This document shows positions 9,447-19,450 of a DNA stretch of 64,000 nucleotides, piece by piece (positions within the stretch are counted from its first letter, which is position 1; every line of letters starts with the position of its first letter). The stretch is from a bacterium. GTDB taxonomy: Bacteria > Desulfobacterota > DSWW01. Position numbers and translations under genes: made by a program. Where the stretch lies: contig JBFLZG010000087.1 in the NCBI GenBank assembly GCA_040756235.1, positions 32,001 through 96,000 on the forward strand, read 5' to 3'. Under the pieces are notes generated by a model. That model had not been told where the DNA came from, searched no databases, and saw nothing but the letters and a program-made list of their open reading frames with translations.

Positions 9447-9462
9447 AGCAAAACGCGTGCCA
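9447..9462 (-). promoter_or_regulatory. Sigma-54 (-24/-12) promoter for the beta-helix gene
   Basis: Minus strand reads TGGCAC-GCGTT-TTGCT, matching TGGCAC-N5-TTGCW, in an AT-rich intergenic stretch ~90 bp before the start. Confidence 0.8.
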
Positions 9463-9638
9463 TTTATATCATAAAAAACATTTCTGGTGAATCCCGCCAA
9501 CCAAGTTACTTTTTTGGATGCTCTCGGATGACTCCCCGCATCATCTTGCTTACACGATTGTGATCGGGACCTGCTCCGTCAAAACAAAACCGTATTCCTG
9601 CCAACCGGTTTTCTCGAGAAGAGCCTGCCCGGCTCCTG

Positions 9639-10913
9639 CTAGGTGACCGGACGCACACCCCCGTCCGGCTGCCCCGGGGAGCTTCGCGCCCTTGCAGCCA
9701 CTCTTGCCGCGAGCTTGCGCAGAGCCCACCCGACCAGGAACAGAAACGGCCGCGGGTCCCCTGCATTCCAGTATCTGAACGATTTCCGCCCGCACAACGG
9801 GCGCAAGATCTCGGCGGGCCTGGTCGTGCCCTTGAGCAGAGAATGGCACACGGCAGCCAGATCATGAGGCTCGTCGATCCACATCACGGGGCTCTTCGGC
9901 CGGACGCTTGAAGGGGCCGGACCGACCCCGGTCATCCCCTCGGTCAAGGCATGGTATGCCTCCAGCGGCAGGTTCACGCCGTTGGCGGTGGCGATGTAGG
10001 ACTGATGATCCGGTCTGCCGACGGTCGGTTCGATCATGTAATACTTCTTTGAAAGCGCATGCTGCTTGAATTCCATGGACCCGAAACCCTGATAGTTCAC
10101 CTGGCGGAAGAACCGGATGGTCGCAGCGGCGATTTCCTCGTCTTCGCACGGGACCGCAGACGCCGTGTCCCCGGTCAGCGGCGGCCATTGTCGCAGCTTG
10201 CGCCCGCAGAAGAAGCCGCGGCATTCGCTCTTCCCGTCAAAGTAGACCAGACAGAAGTAGATGGAATCATCCCCCCCCGGGACCAGCTCCTGCAGGATCA
10301 GGTTGTCTTCGACCCCGATGACTCGATCCAGGACCTGCCTGCACGGGTCGCGGTCTTCGATGATGATGGCCTTGTCCAGTCCGGCCGCCTTCCAGCTTGC
10401 GCTCTTGGTGAATGGCTTGATGACATAGGGGGGAGGGACGGCCGCCACGGCCGCCTCGATGCCCTGTCGTCCGTGAATGTGGATGGTGACCGGGATCAAG
10501 CACTTCAGTTGCTCGGCCAGGGCCTGGAATTTCTGCTTCTCCATCAGCCGGAGCAGGGTCTCCGTGTCCGGGAGGTGAAAGCGGAAGTGCCTGGACAGGG
10601 TTTCCCTGTGCCGGCTGCAAAACAGGACCAGGGGATCGGAGGTCACGAACAATACCGGTCTCTCGCCGAGCCGCTGCGATACCCGTGTCAGCAACTGCAA
10701 CAGGTGCTCATCATCCTTGTACGCGATCACCTCTTCACACAGCCGCGTGTGGGCTTCGGGCACGGACAGGTCCTTTTCAAACCCGATCACGGGCACGCCC
10801 CCCGCCGCCAGCGAGCGGATGACGCCGTAACCCGTGTCCGCGACCCCCAGGACGACCGCATGGGGATGCAGGCGGCCGTTCCTCACGCCACTCTGCGCCG
10901 AGATTCGAGCCAT
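9639..10913 (-). CDS. ATP-grasp carboxylate-amine ligase (D-aspartate ligase-like)
   Basis: YVIKP, LILQELVPGGD, GRKLRQWP, GFGSMEFK, YYMIEPTVGR motifs; start 10913 or 10925. Confidence 0.8.
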   Translation of the reverse strand: MARISAQSGVRNGRLHPHAVVLGVADTGYGVIRSLAAGGVPVIGFEKDLSVPEAHTRLCEEVIAYKDDEHLLQLLTRVSQRLGERPVLFVTSDPLVLFCSRHRETLSRHFRFHLPDTETLLRLMEKQKFQALAEQLKCLIPVTIHIHGRQGIEAAVAAVPPPYVIKPFTKSASWKAAGLDKAIIIEDRDPCRQVLDRVIGVEDNLILQELVPGGDDSIYFCLVYFDGKSECRGFFCGRKLRQWPPLTGDTASAVPCEDEEIAAATIRFFRQVNYQGFGSMEFKQHALSKKYYMIEPTVGRPDHQSYIATANGVNLPLEAYHALTEGMTGVGPAPSSVRPKSPVMWIDEPHDLAAVCHSLLKGTTRPAEILRPLCGRKSFRYWNAGDPRPFLFLVGWALRKLAARVAARARSSPGQPDGGVRPVT

Positions 10914-10928
10914 TTCTCCATGCACTCC

Positions 10929-11600
10929 TCAGGCCGGCAAGGTCCTGCGAATGAGGATGCCGCATATTCTCCAGCACACGACCCGGCGCTGTCTGACCCA
11001 CCCGAGGTCATGCACGATCTTGTGGACGGTCGCATTGCCGGCTCCGGTGGATGCGACGAGCCGTTTCACCCCCAGGCTCATCGCCCGGCTGATCCTGGCG
11101 TTGTACAGAGCAAGATGGATGTTGGATCCGCGATATTTCGGGTCCACGACCACCCGATAGGTATACCCTTCCGTCCGGCTGAAATTCAGCCATGGGCTTC
11201 GTGCGATCACTCTGTATTCGAGACCGGGGAAATACGTACGCACCGTCGTCAGCCATGCCGTTCCGATGGCCGTGTTGTCGTACATGGCAACGAATCCATG
11301 CTCCCCGTTCTCCAGCCTCGCCCTGACGTTCTCGAGCGTCAGCTCCCGGTGCAGGAAAGAGAGATCCATGGGCTCCCTCAGCTCCTCGACCTCGTAGGGA
11401 ATCTTGCGGGGCGGCTCGGATTCCGTCCTCAGCGGTTCCAGCGTATACACATATCCTTCAAATCTCTCGTAAACAGACCCCTTCAGAAAACCCCAGAGCG
11501 CTCTCCAGCGCCCGGCTCCGCCTTCCCTCCCGCAGTTCGCCCGGAACCGATGCCACCGCTCCGACTGGTGCCGGATGAAACCCCCGGATCTGCTCATCAT
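10929..11600 (-). CDS. GNAT-fold acyltransferase (paralogue of 4703..5401)
   Basis: VDPKYRGSNI motif; aligns by eye with the 4703 protein over most of its length. Confidence 0.7.
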   Translation of the reverse strand: MMSRSGGFIRHQSERWHRFRANCGREGGAGRWRALWGFLKGSVYERFEGYVYTLEPLRTESEPPRKIPYEVEELREPMDLSFLHRELTLENVRARLENGEHGFVAMYDNTAIGTAWLTTVRTYFPGLEYRVIARSPWLNFSRTEGYTYRVVVDPKYRGSNIHLALYNARISRAMSLGVKRLVASTGAGNATVHKIVHDLGWVRQRRVVCWRICGILIRRTLPA

Positions 11601-12787
11601 GATGGGCCCTTCTTGGCGGCCTTCAGCCGTTCGTACAAGTCCAGAGTCTTCTCAGCCATGGCCTGCGCGGAAAACCTCTCGATGACGGTCCTGTGCCCGT
11701 TCTCGGCAAGTGCATGTGCCCGATCGGGGTCTCGCAGCAGCGCCAGGATTTCCCTTTTCATGGCTTCCGCGTCCCCCACCCCGACGAGGACGCCGTTGAA
11801 GCCCGAGCGGATGACTTCGGGTATCCCGCCTGCTCTCGTGGATACGATCGGCTTGCGCAAGAGCAGCGCTTCCAGCAACACATAAGGGATGCCTTCGTGG
11901 TCCGAGCAGATGACCATCAGGTCCAGCCGCTGCAGGTACTCGAGGACGTTGGGCCTGTGGCCCATCAGCTTGACGTGTCCGCCCATGCCCGCCTCGGCGA
12001 TCTTCCTCTCGATGGCCGTGCGGAGAGGGCCGTCGCCGAGAATCACGAACTCCACATCGCTCCGTTCCCGGCAAATCTCCTGGGCAACGCGAACAAAGAG
12101 ATCGTGTCTCTTGGCTTCCACCAGCCTGCCGATGATCCCGATCGCCTTCTTGCCGGGATCCAGGCCCAGCTCTTCCCGCGTCTTCCGTGCAACGTTCTCG
12201 CAGCCGATGTCCACGCCGTTGTGAATCGTGGTGATCCTTTCGGCCCCCATCCGGTACTTGTCCAGAATGCTTTGCCTGACGTTCTCCGACACGACCACGG
12301 AATGCGTGCCGGCCAGTCTCGACAGGCGGAACATGATCCGGACATAGAGGTTCATCTTCCATGACGGATGTCTCTCGGCACGCTGGTGCGCCGTGGTCAA
12401 GGTGAGCACGCTTTGCGGCAGCGTCAGGGCCGCGATCTGTCCGTGGATCGCGGCCAGATAGCCGTGCATGTGCAGGATCTCCACGCGGTGGCTGCGCACG
12501 ACCGAGCGCAGCCGACGGATGACGGCCGGATCCAGCTTGCAGGTTCGCCGCAGACAGAGACAGCGCACGCCGATCTGCTCCAGCCTTTTCTTGAGCGGCC
12601 CGTCGTAGAAGCACGCGAACAGGATCTCCCCGACTCTGGGGCTCCTCTTCATTTCCTTGAGCAGGGCGCAGATGTGCGTTTCGATGCCGGCCAGCGATGC
12701 ACCCTCGGCCAGATGCAGCACACGGACCTGTTCCCCCCTGGAAGCCCCTGCCGCCTCCGCTTCGAACGCCTCCTGCACGCCGGGCAT
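11597..12787 (-). CDS. GT4 glycosyltransferase
   Basis: IHNGVD, GRLVEAK and SDHEGIPYVLLEA motifs; ATG 12787 with GGAGG upstream. Confidence 0.9.
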   Translation of the reverse strand: MPGVQEAFEAEAAGASRGEQVRVLHLAEGASLAGIETHICALLKEMKRSPRVGEILFACFYDGPLKKRLEQIGVRCLCLRRTCKLDPAVIRRLRSVVRSHRVEILHMHGYLAAIHGQIAALTLPQSVLTLTTAHQRAERHPSWKMNLYVRIMFRLSRLAGTHSVVVSENVRQSILDKYRMGAERITTIHNGVDIGCENVARKTREELGLDPGKKAIGIIGRLVEAKRHDLFVRVAQEICRERSDVEFVILGDGPLRTAIERKIAEAGMGGHVKLMGHRPNVLEYLQRLDLMVICSDHEGIPYVLLEALLLRKPIVSTRAGGIPEVIRSGFNGVLVGVGDAEAMKREILALLRDPDRAHALAENGHRTVIERFSAQAMAEKTLDLYERLKAAKKGPS

Positions 12788-12806
12788 GCTGGCCGTCCTC
12801 CGCTGC

Positions 12807-13592
12807 CTATTTTTCTCGGAACCCGTCCAGGACGCGAAGCGCATCGTAAGCCCGAAGCAGCCGCAGACTTCGCTTCCTCATCCCCAGCGAATTCCTGCGC
12901 AGCAGGTGCGGATCAGCGCTCCTGCCGTTGGTTCCCTGTTTGACGCTGAACCCCAGCCGAAACTGCTTGGAGTTGAATTGCCTCAGCGCGTCGCTCGATT
13001 CGCCGTAGGGGTAGGCGAAATACCGGATCGGTCGATCCAACAGATCTTCCAAGCGGATTTTCGAGTCCAGGATCTCCCTTTGAGCTTCTGCCGGCGGCAA
13101 AGCTCTCAGGTTGGGGTGGGAACAGGTATGGGCCCCGATTTCCACCAGCGGGTGCCGGGCCAGTTGTACGAGCTCGCTCGATTCGAGCGAGAGGAACTGG
13201 TCATGCGCCCGGGCGGGCTCCCCCCTCCACCGAACGAAGGAATAAGGCCTCTTCTGGTCCAGGTAGTCCGTGGTCACGAACAGGATGCTCGGGACGTTGT
13301 GTGCTTCAAACACCGGGAGCATTTCCAGGGCGTAATTCCGGAATCCGTCGTCCACGGTAATGAGCACGGGGCAGGCGGGCAGCTCGCCCGCTTCCAGCAG
13401 ATAGCGCTCGAGAGAGGCGCCGGAGATGAAGTGAAAGCCGTTCCTCTCGAGCCAGGTGATCTGTTCGAGAAAGGAGACAAGCGGGATGCCGCTGCGAGGC
13501 GTCACGGCATCCGGATTGCGCAGGACGCAGTGGTACGCCAGGACGACCACGCGTCTGCGGTAGACCCGCCGGATGATGGCCGGTTCCAGCAT
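12807..13592 (-). CDS. Polysaccharide deacetylase (CE4/NodB homology)
   Basis: LAYH, ITVDDG, GAHTCSHP and FAYPYG motifs. Confidence 0.9.
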   Translation of the reverse strand: MLEPAIIRRVYRRRVVVLAYHCVLRNPDAVTPRSGIPLVSFLEQITWLERNGFHFISGASLERYLLEAGELPACPVLITVDDGFRNYALEMLPVFEAHNVPSILFVTTDYLDQKRPYSFVRWRGEPARAHDQFLSLESSELVQLARHPLVEIGAHTCSHPNLRALPPAEAQREILDSKIRLEDLLDRPIRYFAYPYGESSDALRQFNSKQFRLGFSVKQGTNGRSADPHLLRRNSLGMRKRSLRLLRAYDALRVLDGFREK

Positions 13593-13596
13593 GGCG

Positions 13597-14601
13597 TTAA
13601 GCAGAGGCCCCTCTCTTCCTCAGCCGATCGTATCCGATCAGAACCAGAGAACAGCTCCTGGAGACGCCGTACAGGTAATACAGGATCGTGAGGACGGGAA
13701 GATAGCGCAGCGTTCCGTTGCGCAGGCTCTTCTTCAGAGCCAGGAGCGCCACCGGCAGCCCTTCCAGGGCGAGGATCCCGCCCACGGCGTAGAAAGGTCC
13801 CGGAGTCCAGCGCAGCAGACCGATGCCCAGGCAACAGAGCAAAGCCGCATTCAGAAACAGGTAGAGAGCAGACAGCAAGAGCGGTCGGGATGCCCCCGGG
13901 TCCTTGAAATCGGCGACCATGCCCCGGCCGTGCCAGATCTCGCGTCTGGCGAACTCTCCGAGCGTCTGCGGATACCCGTAGTGGTAAGAGGTCACGCGAT
14001 GGTCGGAGACAACCTTGTACCCCCTCTGCCGTATTCGAGAGCACAGCTCGAAGTCCTCGCCGCTCGGCAGGACTTCGCTGAATCCGCCCACCTCATCGAA
14101 CAGGCTTCTTCTGAGGATCATGTTGGCCGAACCCACATAATCGACCTCGCCGATCAGATCCGCCTGGCGGTGTGAGAACCAGGCTTTCTGGATCAGGTTG
14201 CTTCCGGCCGGAAGACCAGGGGGCGAGCCCACGACGCCGATTCCGTTGCCGTTGGTCTCGAAATACCTCATGAAGGATGCCGCCCAGTCTCGGCCAACCT
14301 CACAATCGGCGTCCACGAAGGCGAGCACCTCGCCCCGCGCGACTCTCGCCCCGTGGTTCCTCAGGGCTCCGATCGTTCCCCCGGTCTTGCGGAGGACTTT
14401 CGCACCCCACGCCTCGGCGATTTCTCTGGAGCGGTCGATCGAGCCGTTGTCCACGACGATCACCTCGATCGCCCCGCCGTCGTAGTTCAGCCCGCCGATG
14501 GACACGAGACAACGCGACAGGTTCTCCTGCTCATTCAGGCAAGGGATGACGATCGATACGGATCCCTTGCGGTTCCCGCTGCCAGCATCTTCTTCGGGCA
14601 T
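13597..14601 (-). CDS. GT2 glycosyltransferase
   Basis: SIVIPCLNE, VVDNGSID, FVDAD (DxD) and GEDFEL motifs; C-terminal hydrophobic helices. Confidence 0.9.
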   Translation of the reverse strand: MPEEDAGSGNRKGSVSIVIPCLNEQENLSRCLVSIGGLNYDGGAIEVIVVDNGSIDRSREIAEAWGAKVLRKTGGTIGALRNHGARVARGEVLAFVDADCEVGRDWAASFMRYFETNGNGIGVVGSPPGLPAGSNLIQKAWFSHRQADLIGEVDYVGSANMILRRSLFDEVGGFSEVLPSGEDFELCSRIRQRGYKVVSDHRVTSYHYGYPQTLGEFARREIWHGRGMVADFKDPGASRPLLLSALYLFLNAALLCCLGIGLLRWTPGPFYAVGGILALEGLPVALLALKKSLRNGTLRYLPVLTILYYLYGVSRSCSLVLIGYDRLRKRGASA

Positions 14602-14608
14602 GCCGTCC

Positions 14609-15904
14609 CTAGGTCCCTGCGCCGGATACGCGCCGTCCGGCGATTCCGGCGTCTTGCCGTCTTGCGATCTCTGCGGATACCACCAGCCTGAGCAGGCGGT
14701 TGATGATGAGCAGGCTCCAAAGCCAGGGATACTCGTAGATCGGATAGAAGAAACCGCCGATCAGGTAACACACTGCGGCCACCAGGATCCCGTCCGCATA
14801 GTTCGCGTATCGACGGGCCTCGATCCGGCCACCGGTCAGCTCCCGTTCGCTCCGTGGGGTCCTCTTCACAAACGGCTCGAGAGCCTTCCGCATCTTCCGA
14901 TTCTCCTTCCAGAAGCTCCCGAGCAGGACGAGAAAGAGCGTCATGCCCACGATGCCCTGCTCGGCGAGCACCTGAAAGTAGATGTTGTGCGGTGACCGCC
15001 CCCACAGCGTCCGCAGGTCCGGGTACCGAACTCTGGCCTCTTCTCCGGCATAGACCGGCGCCAGCACCCCGAAGTTGTGAACGCCTACCCCCAGGAGCGG
15101 ATTCGCCTTGAACTGATTCCAGGCGATCCCCCACAGTACCTTCCGGTCCAGACCGGTCCCGGCGGCGGTGCCGCTCTGAATGGTCTTCATCTCCTGCCAG
15201 AATTCTCCGCCCGGGAACAACCAGTTGGCCGCGACGAACAGCAGGACGCCCCCGGCGCATCCGGCCAGAGTGACCGCGACTCTTCTCTTTGCCCTGACCC
15301 ACAGGTAAGCGTAGGAAACCGTCAGGGCCAGGAACGAACCCCTTGAAAAAGAAGCGATCGCACCCAACAGGCTGGCAGCCGCTCCCGCCAACCCCAGCCA
15401 CCTTCCCCGGCCGACGCGGTGGGCAGCGAAGTAGCAGAAGCAGAAGGCCACGCCCATGCCCATGTACGTACCGAACTGGTTGCTGTCATCGAGAACGTAA
15501 TCCCAGCCGATCTTTCCTCCCCCGCGGACTCCCCAGAACGCATAGTAGATGAAATTCAGGGCGAACAGGCGAAGCAGCGCTTCCAGGCGCCTTTTCTCCG
15601 CGCACAAGGAGAGCGTCACGATGCCCAGGAGATACACTTCGAAGATCATCCGGGTCGCGGTCCTGGCGTAACCCGTGTTTTCGGCCACCAGAAGGGTGGA
15701 GAGGGCGTGCAGGGCAACGAGCAGCATGAGCAGGGTGAAGTTCCGTTTCCTTGCCCTCTCCATGATCCAGAGGGGCAGGAGGCAGGCGAGCAGCAGCGAC
15801 TGCAGCCAATAGAATGCCGACAGCCCCCCGACGTATTGGTTGACCATCCTCAAGGGATGGAACAACACCAAGATCCAGGTCAGCAACAGCAGCCGGTAGG
15901 TCAA
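14609..15904 (-). CDS. O-antigen ligase / Wzy polymerase-like membrane protein
   Basis: Multi-pass hydrophobic protein with DSNQFG, SFSRGSFL, R..LW, PLLGVG..NF and PHNIYFQVLAEQGIVG motifs; TTG start. Confidence 0.85.
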   Translation of the reverse strand: MTYRLLLLTWILVLFHPLRMVNQYVGGLSAFYWLQSLLLACLLPLWIMERARKRNFTLLMLLVALHALSTLLVAENTGYARTATRMIFEVYLLGIVTLSLCAEKRRLEALLRLFALNFIYYAFWGVRGGGKIGWDYVLDDSNQFGTYMGMGVAFCFCYFAAHRVGRGRWLGLAGAAASLLGAIASFSRGSFLALTVSYAYLWVRAKRRVAVTLAGCAGGVLLFVAANWLFPGGEFWQEMKTIQSGTAAGTGLDRKVLWGIAWNQFKANPLLGVGVHNFGVLAPVYAGEEARVRYPDLRTLWGRSPHNIYFQVLAEQGIVGMTLFLVLLGSFWKENRKMRKALEPFVKRTPRSERELTGGRIEARRYANYADGILVAAVCYLIGGFFYPIYEYPWLWSLLIINRLLRLVVSAEIARRQDAGIAGRRVSGAGT

Positions 15905-15971
15905 GTTGCCCCCGCGGGAGCGACGGCCCCCTTGCCCGCTGCACCCGTCCCGTCCCGCGGCCGGCCGCCGC

Positions 15972-17114
15972 TCACGCCCCCGCTCCCGCAGGCCGGCAGG
16001 CTCGGGTCCGGGCGCGCAGGACGGATCGGTAGAGGCTCAGGTAGGCATCGGCCATGCGCTCCACGGAATATCTCGCGCGGAAACGCTCCCTGGCGGCTTC
16101 CCCCAGCCGGAGCATGCTGCGCCGATCGCCTGCCAATGCGCCGATCGCTTCGGCAAGCGCCGCCGGGCTGCCCGCCTCCACCAGGATCCCGTTCACATTG
16201 TGGGCGATGACTTCCGTGTTTCCCCCGACGGCGCTGGCGACAATCGCCTTTCCCGCTGCCATGGCCTCGAGGATGACCAGCGGCATGCCTTCCCAGATGG
16301 ACGGCAGCACATAGATGTCGACGACCTTGAGAATCTCGTGGATGTCGTCCCTCGGGCCCAGGAAGGCCACTGCGTTCGAGACACCGGTTGCTTCCGCCAG
16401 TTGCTCCAACTCGCCGCGCAGCGGACCGTCGCCGGCGATCAACAGCCTGAGCTCCGGGAAAGCCTTGTGCAGCGGGGCCATGGCCTGCACCAAGTGCTCG
16501 ACCCCCTTCTGTCGCGTAAGCCTGACCCCTACGGCCAGCACGGGAAAAGCGCCTTCGATCCCGAGCTCACGCCTCTTGTTCCCCACATCCACATCCACCT
16601 CGTACTTCGCACCGTCCACCCCGTTCGGGATGACCACGATCTTCTTCCGGGCGATGCGCGAGTGCTGCAGAAGGTCGTTTCGGGTATGCTCGGACACGGC
16701 CACGACCTGGTCCACGAAGCGGGAAAGCACCCGCTCTGCGTAGAGGTACCTCTTCTTGTCCGGATACCTGCGCGCATGGTCGGTATGGACCTTCACCGGC
16801 ACCCCGGCCAGGAGCCCCCCCAGGGTGCCGTCGATGAACGGTTCGGTGTTGTGCGTGTGGATCACCTGAGCACCGGAATCCCGGATGATGGATGCGACTT
16901 GCAGAAAGCTCAGGTACTTGCCCGGACCGCTTGGCCGGTTGACCATGCGGACCCGGATGCCCGCTCGATCCAGCTCTGCCTGAAACGGACCGCCGGCTCG
17001 AAGGCAAAGCACTTCCGCTACCACCCCCGCCCGCTGCAGCTGGGTGGAAAGGTCGGTCACGACGCGCTGCAGCCCGCCGATCTGCAGATCGTGCGTGATC
17101 TGCAGCACCTTCAT
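15972..17114 (-). CDS. GT4 glycosyltransferase
   Basis: MKVLQITHDLQIGGLQRVV start overlaps the flippase stop (ATGA); IPNGVD and PSIWEGMPLVILEAM motifs. Confidence 0.9.
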   Translation of the reverse strand: MKVLQITHDLQIGGLQRVVTDLSTQLQRAGVVAEVLCLRAGGPFQAELDRAGIRVRMVNRPSGPGKYLSFLQVASIIRDSGAQVIHTHNTEPFIDGTLGGLLAGVPVKVHTDHARRYPDKKRYLYAERVLSRFVDQVVAVSEHTRNDLLQHSRIARKKIVVIPNGVDGAKYEVDVDVGNKRRELGIEGAFPVLAVGVRLTRQKGVEHLVQAMAPLHKAFPELRLLIAGDGPLRGELEQLAEATGVSNAVAFLGPRDDIHEILKVVDIYVLPSIWEGMPLVILEAMAAGKAIVASAVGGNTEVIAHNVNGILVEAGSPAALAEAIGALAGDRRSMLRLGEAARERFRARYSVERMADAYLSLYRSVLRARTRACRPAGAGA

Positions 17115-18643
17115 CGCGCTTCCCTCCCGGCCGGGGCGGGCCTCCTGAGCAAACGGCCCAGGAACGCCTTCTCCCGCTCGTTGAAATACCCGCTGATCCA
17201 CAGCAGAACCGGATAGCCGATCACCAGAAGCGCCGCCTTCAGGAACCCTCTTTCCGCAAGCGTCCTGGCCAGCTCCGTCAGGGAATCCGTGTTTTCGATC
17301 GCCGCCCGGGTGCCCTGGTCGAGGATCATGGCGGTGCCGGCGATCAGGACCGCAGTCAGGAACAAGCGGGCGATGCGCCCGTAATGATATTCGATTCCAT
17401 AGTACTTCTGAGAGGCGATGTGGGTGGCGGCGTACATGAAGAGGAAGCTCGCGGCGGTGGCGAAGGCGGCTCCATACATGCCGAGCCTCCGGACAAGAAC
17501 GAACATCAGGGCGATATTGATCAGAGTGCCTGAAGCCGTGATGGCCGTGAACAGGATGTTCCTGTTGGCCAGCAGGATTCCCCTGGCCGAAAACCCCATC
17601 ATGCTGTCGAAGATGCACCCGACGATCAGTACGATCAGCACCTCGCAGGCGCCGAGGTACTGCTTGGAGGCCAGCAAATAGGTCAACTCGTAACGGAACG
17701 AGATCATCCCGCAGATCAGAAACATCACCACGAGAAGGATGTAGTCGATCGAATAGCCGAACATCACCCTCTTGTCTTCCTGGTCTTCGCCGCGGCAGAC
17801 GTTCTCGTAAAAAAACGGCACCCAGGCCATGTTCACGGCGCGGACGAAGAAGGGGACCAGTCCGGCGATCGAGAGCGCCACGGAGTAGACCGCCACGACT
17901 TCAAGGGAGACATACTTCTGCAGAATGAACACGTCCGCATGGTGCATGAACGAAGCGCAGAGCTGCGAGAGGAGCAACGGCAGGTTGAAGGTCAGGAACA
18001 GCTTGGCGTCGCCGGCCGAAAAGTCGACGCGCACCTCACGTCGGGTGTAGACGATGAAGTAGACGCCGAACAGGGCGGCCAGCGCGAACTTCGCGGCCAG
18101 GACCCCCAGCGCCCCGCAGGAAAAAACGATGACCAGGAGCAGGGTGAGGCCCACATTGGAAACCGTGCTCGATACCGTCAGCGCCACGTAGCGTTTGGCC
18201 TGGTTCCGGATCTTCAGGAAGGCGTACGGCAGGATGTTCAGATTCTGCAGCCAGCTGGCCCAGATGACGAGCACGATGTAGGGCGCGAACGGCACCTCTC
18301 GGAACAAGGTCCCGAATATCCCCTCGCCCAGCAGCGTGAGCGGCATCACGAACAACATCAGGGGCAGAAACAGCAGGATCAGGATGAAGGAGCCGAAGAA
18401 CTTCTTGCGCCCCTCATCGTCCTTCTCCCAGTAAAAGCGCATCACGTACTCGGCGCTGCCGATTCCGAACAGCGTCAGGAGAAAAGCGCCGATGCTGTTG
18501 GCGACCGAGAGGAGACCGTACTCCTCCTTGGGGAGATAACGCGTCAGGATGGGCATGGTGATCAGGCCGGAGGCGCGGATGACGAACATGCCGACCACGT
18601 AGACCACCGAGCTGCGAAAGAACCCGATCAATCGGGTGCGCAT
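17111..18643 (-). CDS. Wzx-type oligosaccharide flippase
   Basis: PILTRYLPKEEYG N-terminal motif, many TM segments, D.FIL and G.YGAAFAT motifs. Confidence 0.88.
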   Translation of the reverse strand: MRTRLIGFFRSSVVYVVGMFVIRASGLITMPILTRYLPKEEYGLLSVANSIGAFLLTLFGIGSAEYVMRFYWEKDDEGRKKFFGSFILILLFLPLMLFVMPLTLLGEGIFGTLFREVPFAPYIVLVIWASWLQNLNILPYAFLKIRNQAKRYVALTVSSTVSNVGLTLLLVIVFSCGALGVLAAKFALAALFGVYFIVYTRREVRVDFSAGDAKLFLTFNLPLLLSQLCASFMHHADVFILQKYVSLEVVAVYSVALSIAGLVPFFVRAVNMAWVPFFYENVCRGEDQEDKRVMFGYSIDYILLVVMFLICGMISFRYELTYLLASKQYLGACEVLIVLIVGCIFDSMMGFSARGILLANRNILFTAITASGTLINIALMFVLVRRLGMYGAAFATAASFLFMYAATHIASQKYYGIEYHYGRIARLFLTAVLIAGTAMILDQGTRAAIENTDSLTELARTLAERGFLKAALLVIGYPVLLWISGYFNEREKAFLGRLLRRPAPAGREAR

Positions 18644-18680
18644 GGAGATCTCGTTCTCCGGCTGTCCCGCCCGGCTGCGA

Positions 18681-19340
18681 TCACGGCACGCCGTCCGTTC
18701 CCGGATGGGCAAGCGCCCGGATCACTCTGGCCGGGTTTCCGGCGACCAGCGTCCCCGCCGGCACGCTCTTGGTGACCACGGCCCCGGCCCCCACCACGGC
18801 GCCGCTGCCGATGGTAACGCCTTTCAGGATGATGGCCCTCTCGCCGATCCAGACGTCGTCCTCGATGCGGACGGGCGCGTTCTTGCCTGCGTAGTTGTCG
18901 ATCGGTGTTTCGTGCAGGACTTCGAGCTGTCGCCTTCTGGCGGCCGGGTCGATCGGGTGTCCGTTGTTGTCGTAGATGGAGACGCCTCGGGAAATGAAGC
19001 AATAGCGGCCGATGCGGACGTCGTTGTCCGCGCTGATGACGGTCCCGCTGCGGATGGTGGTGTAATCACCGATGGTGATCGAGCCCCGGCGGTTGCAGAA
19101 GAGCGTGCCGTTCAGCTTGACATAGTCGCCGATCCGGACGCTGTCCCTTTGGTTCAGGTTGTAGAGCCGGCAGTCGGCCCCTTCCATGCGGTTGTATCGA
19201 CGATAGCAGAAGGATTCGCCGATGATCGCCAGGCGGTGCATCCTGCGCAGTTTCGCGTCCCGCTTCCACGCGGCGAGCCTGTCCTGCAGCCAATCGGGGG
19301 CATGCAGAACTTTGCTGAGGAACGTTTCGATCCGTGACAT
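18681..19340 (-). CDS. Hexapeptide-repeat (LbH) O-acyltransferase
   Basis: [39 protein letters not shown]...GNPARVI. Confidence 0.9.
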   Translation of the reverse strand: MSRIETFLSKVLHAPDWLQDRLAAWKRDAKLRRMHRLAIIGESFCYRRYNRMEGADCRLYNLNQRDSVRIGDYVKLNGTLFCNRRGSITIGDYTTIRSGTVISADNDVRIGRYCFISRGVSIYDNNGHPIDPAARRRQLEVLHETPIDNYAGKNAPVRIEDDVWIGERAIILKGVTIGSGAVVGAGAVVTKSVPAGTLVAGNPARVIRALAHPGTDGVP

Positions 19341-19450
19341 GTCGCCGTCCTGTTGCGGGTCGACCCGCGGGGTACGGGCAAACGGCCCGGCCCTGAGGGC
19401 CGCCCGCAGGGTCCGCCGGGGCTCACGCCGGGCAGAGGGAATTCACGGTT

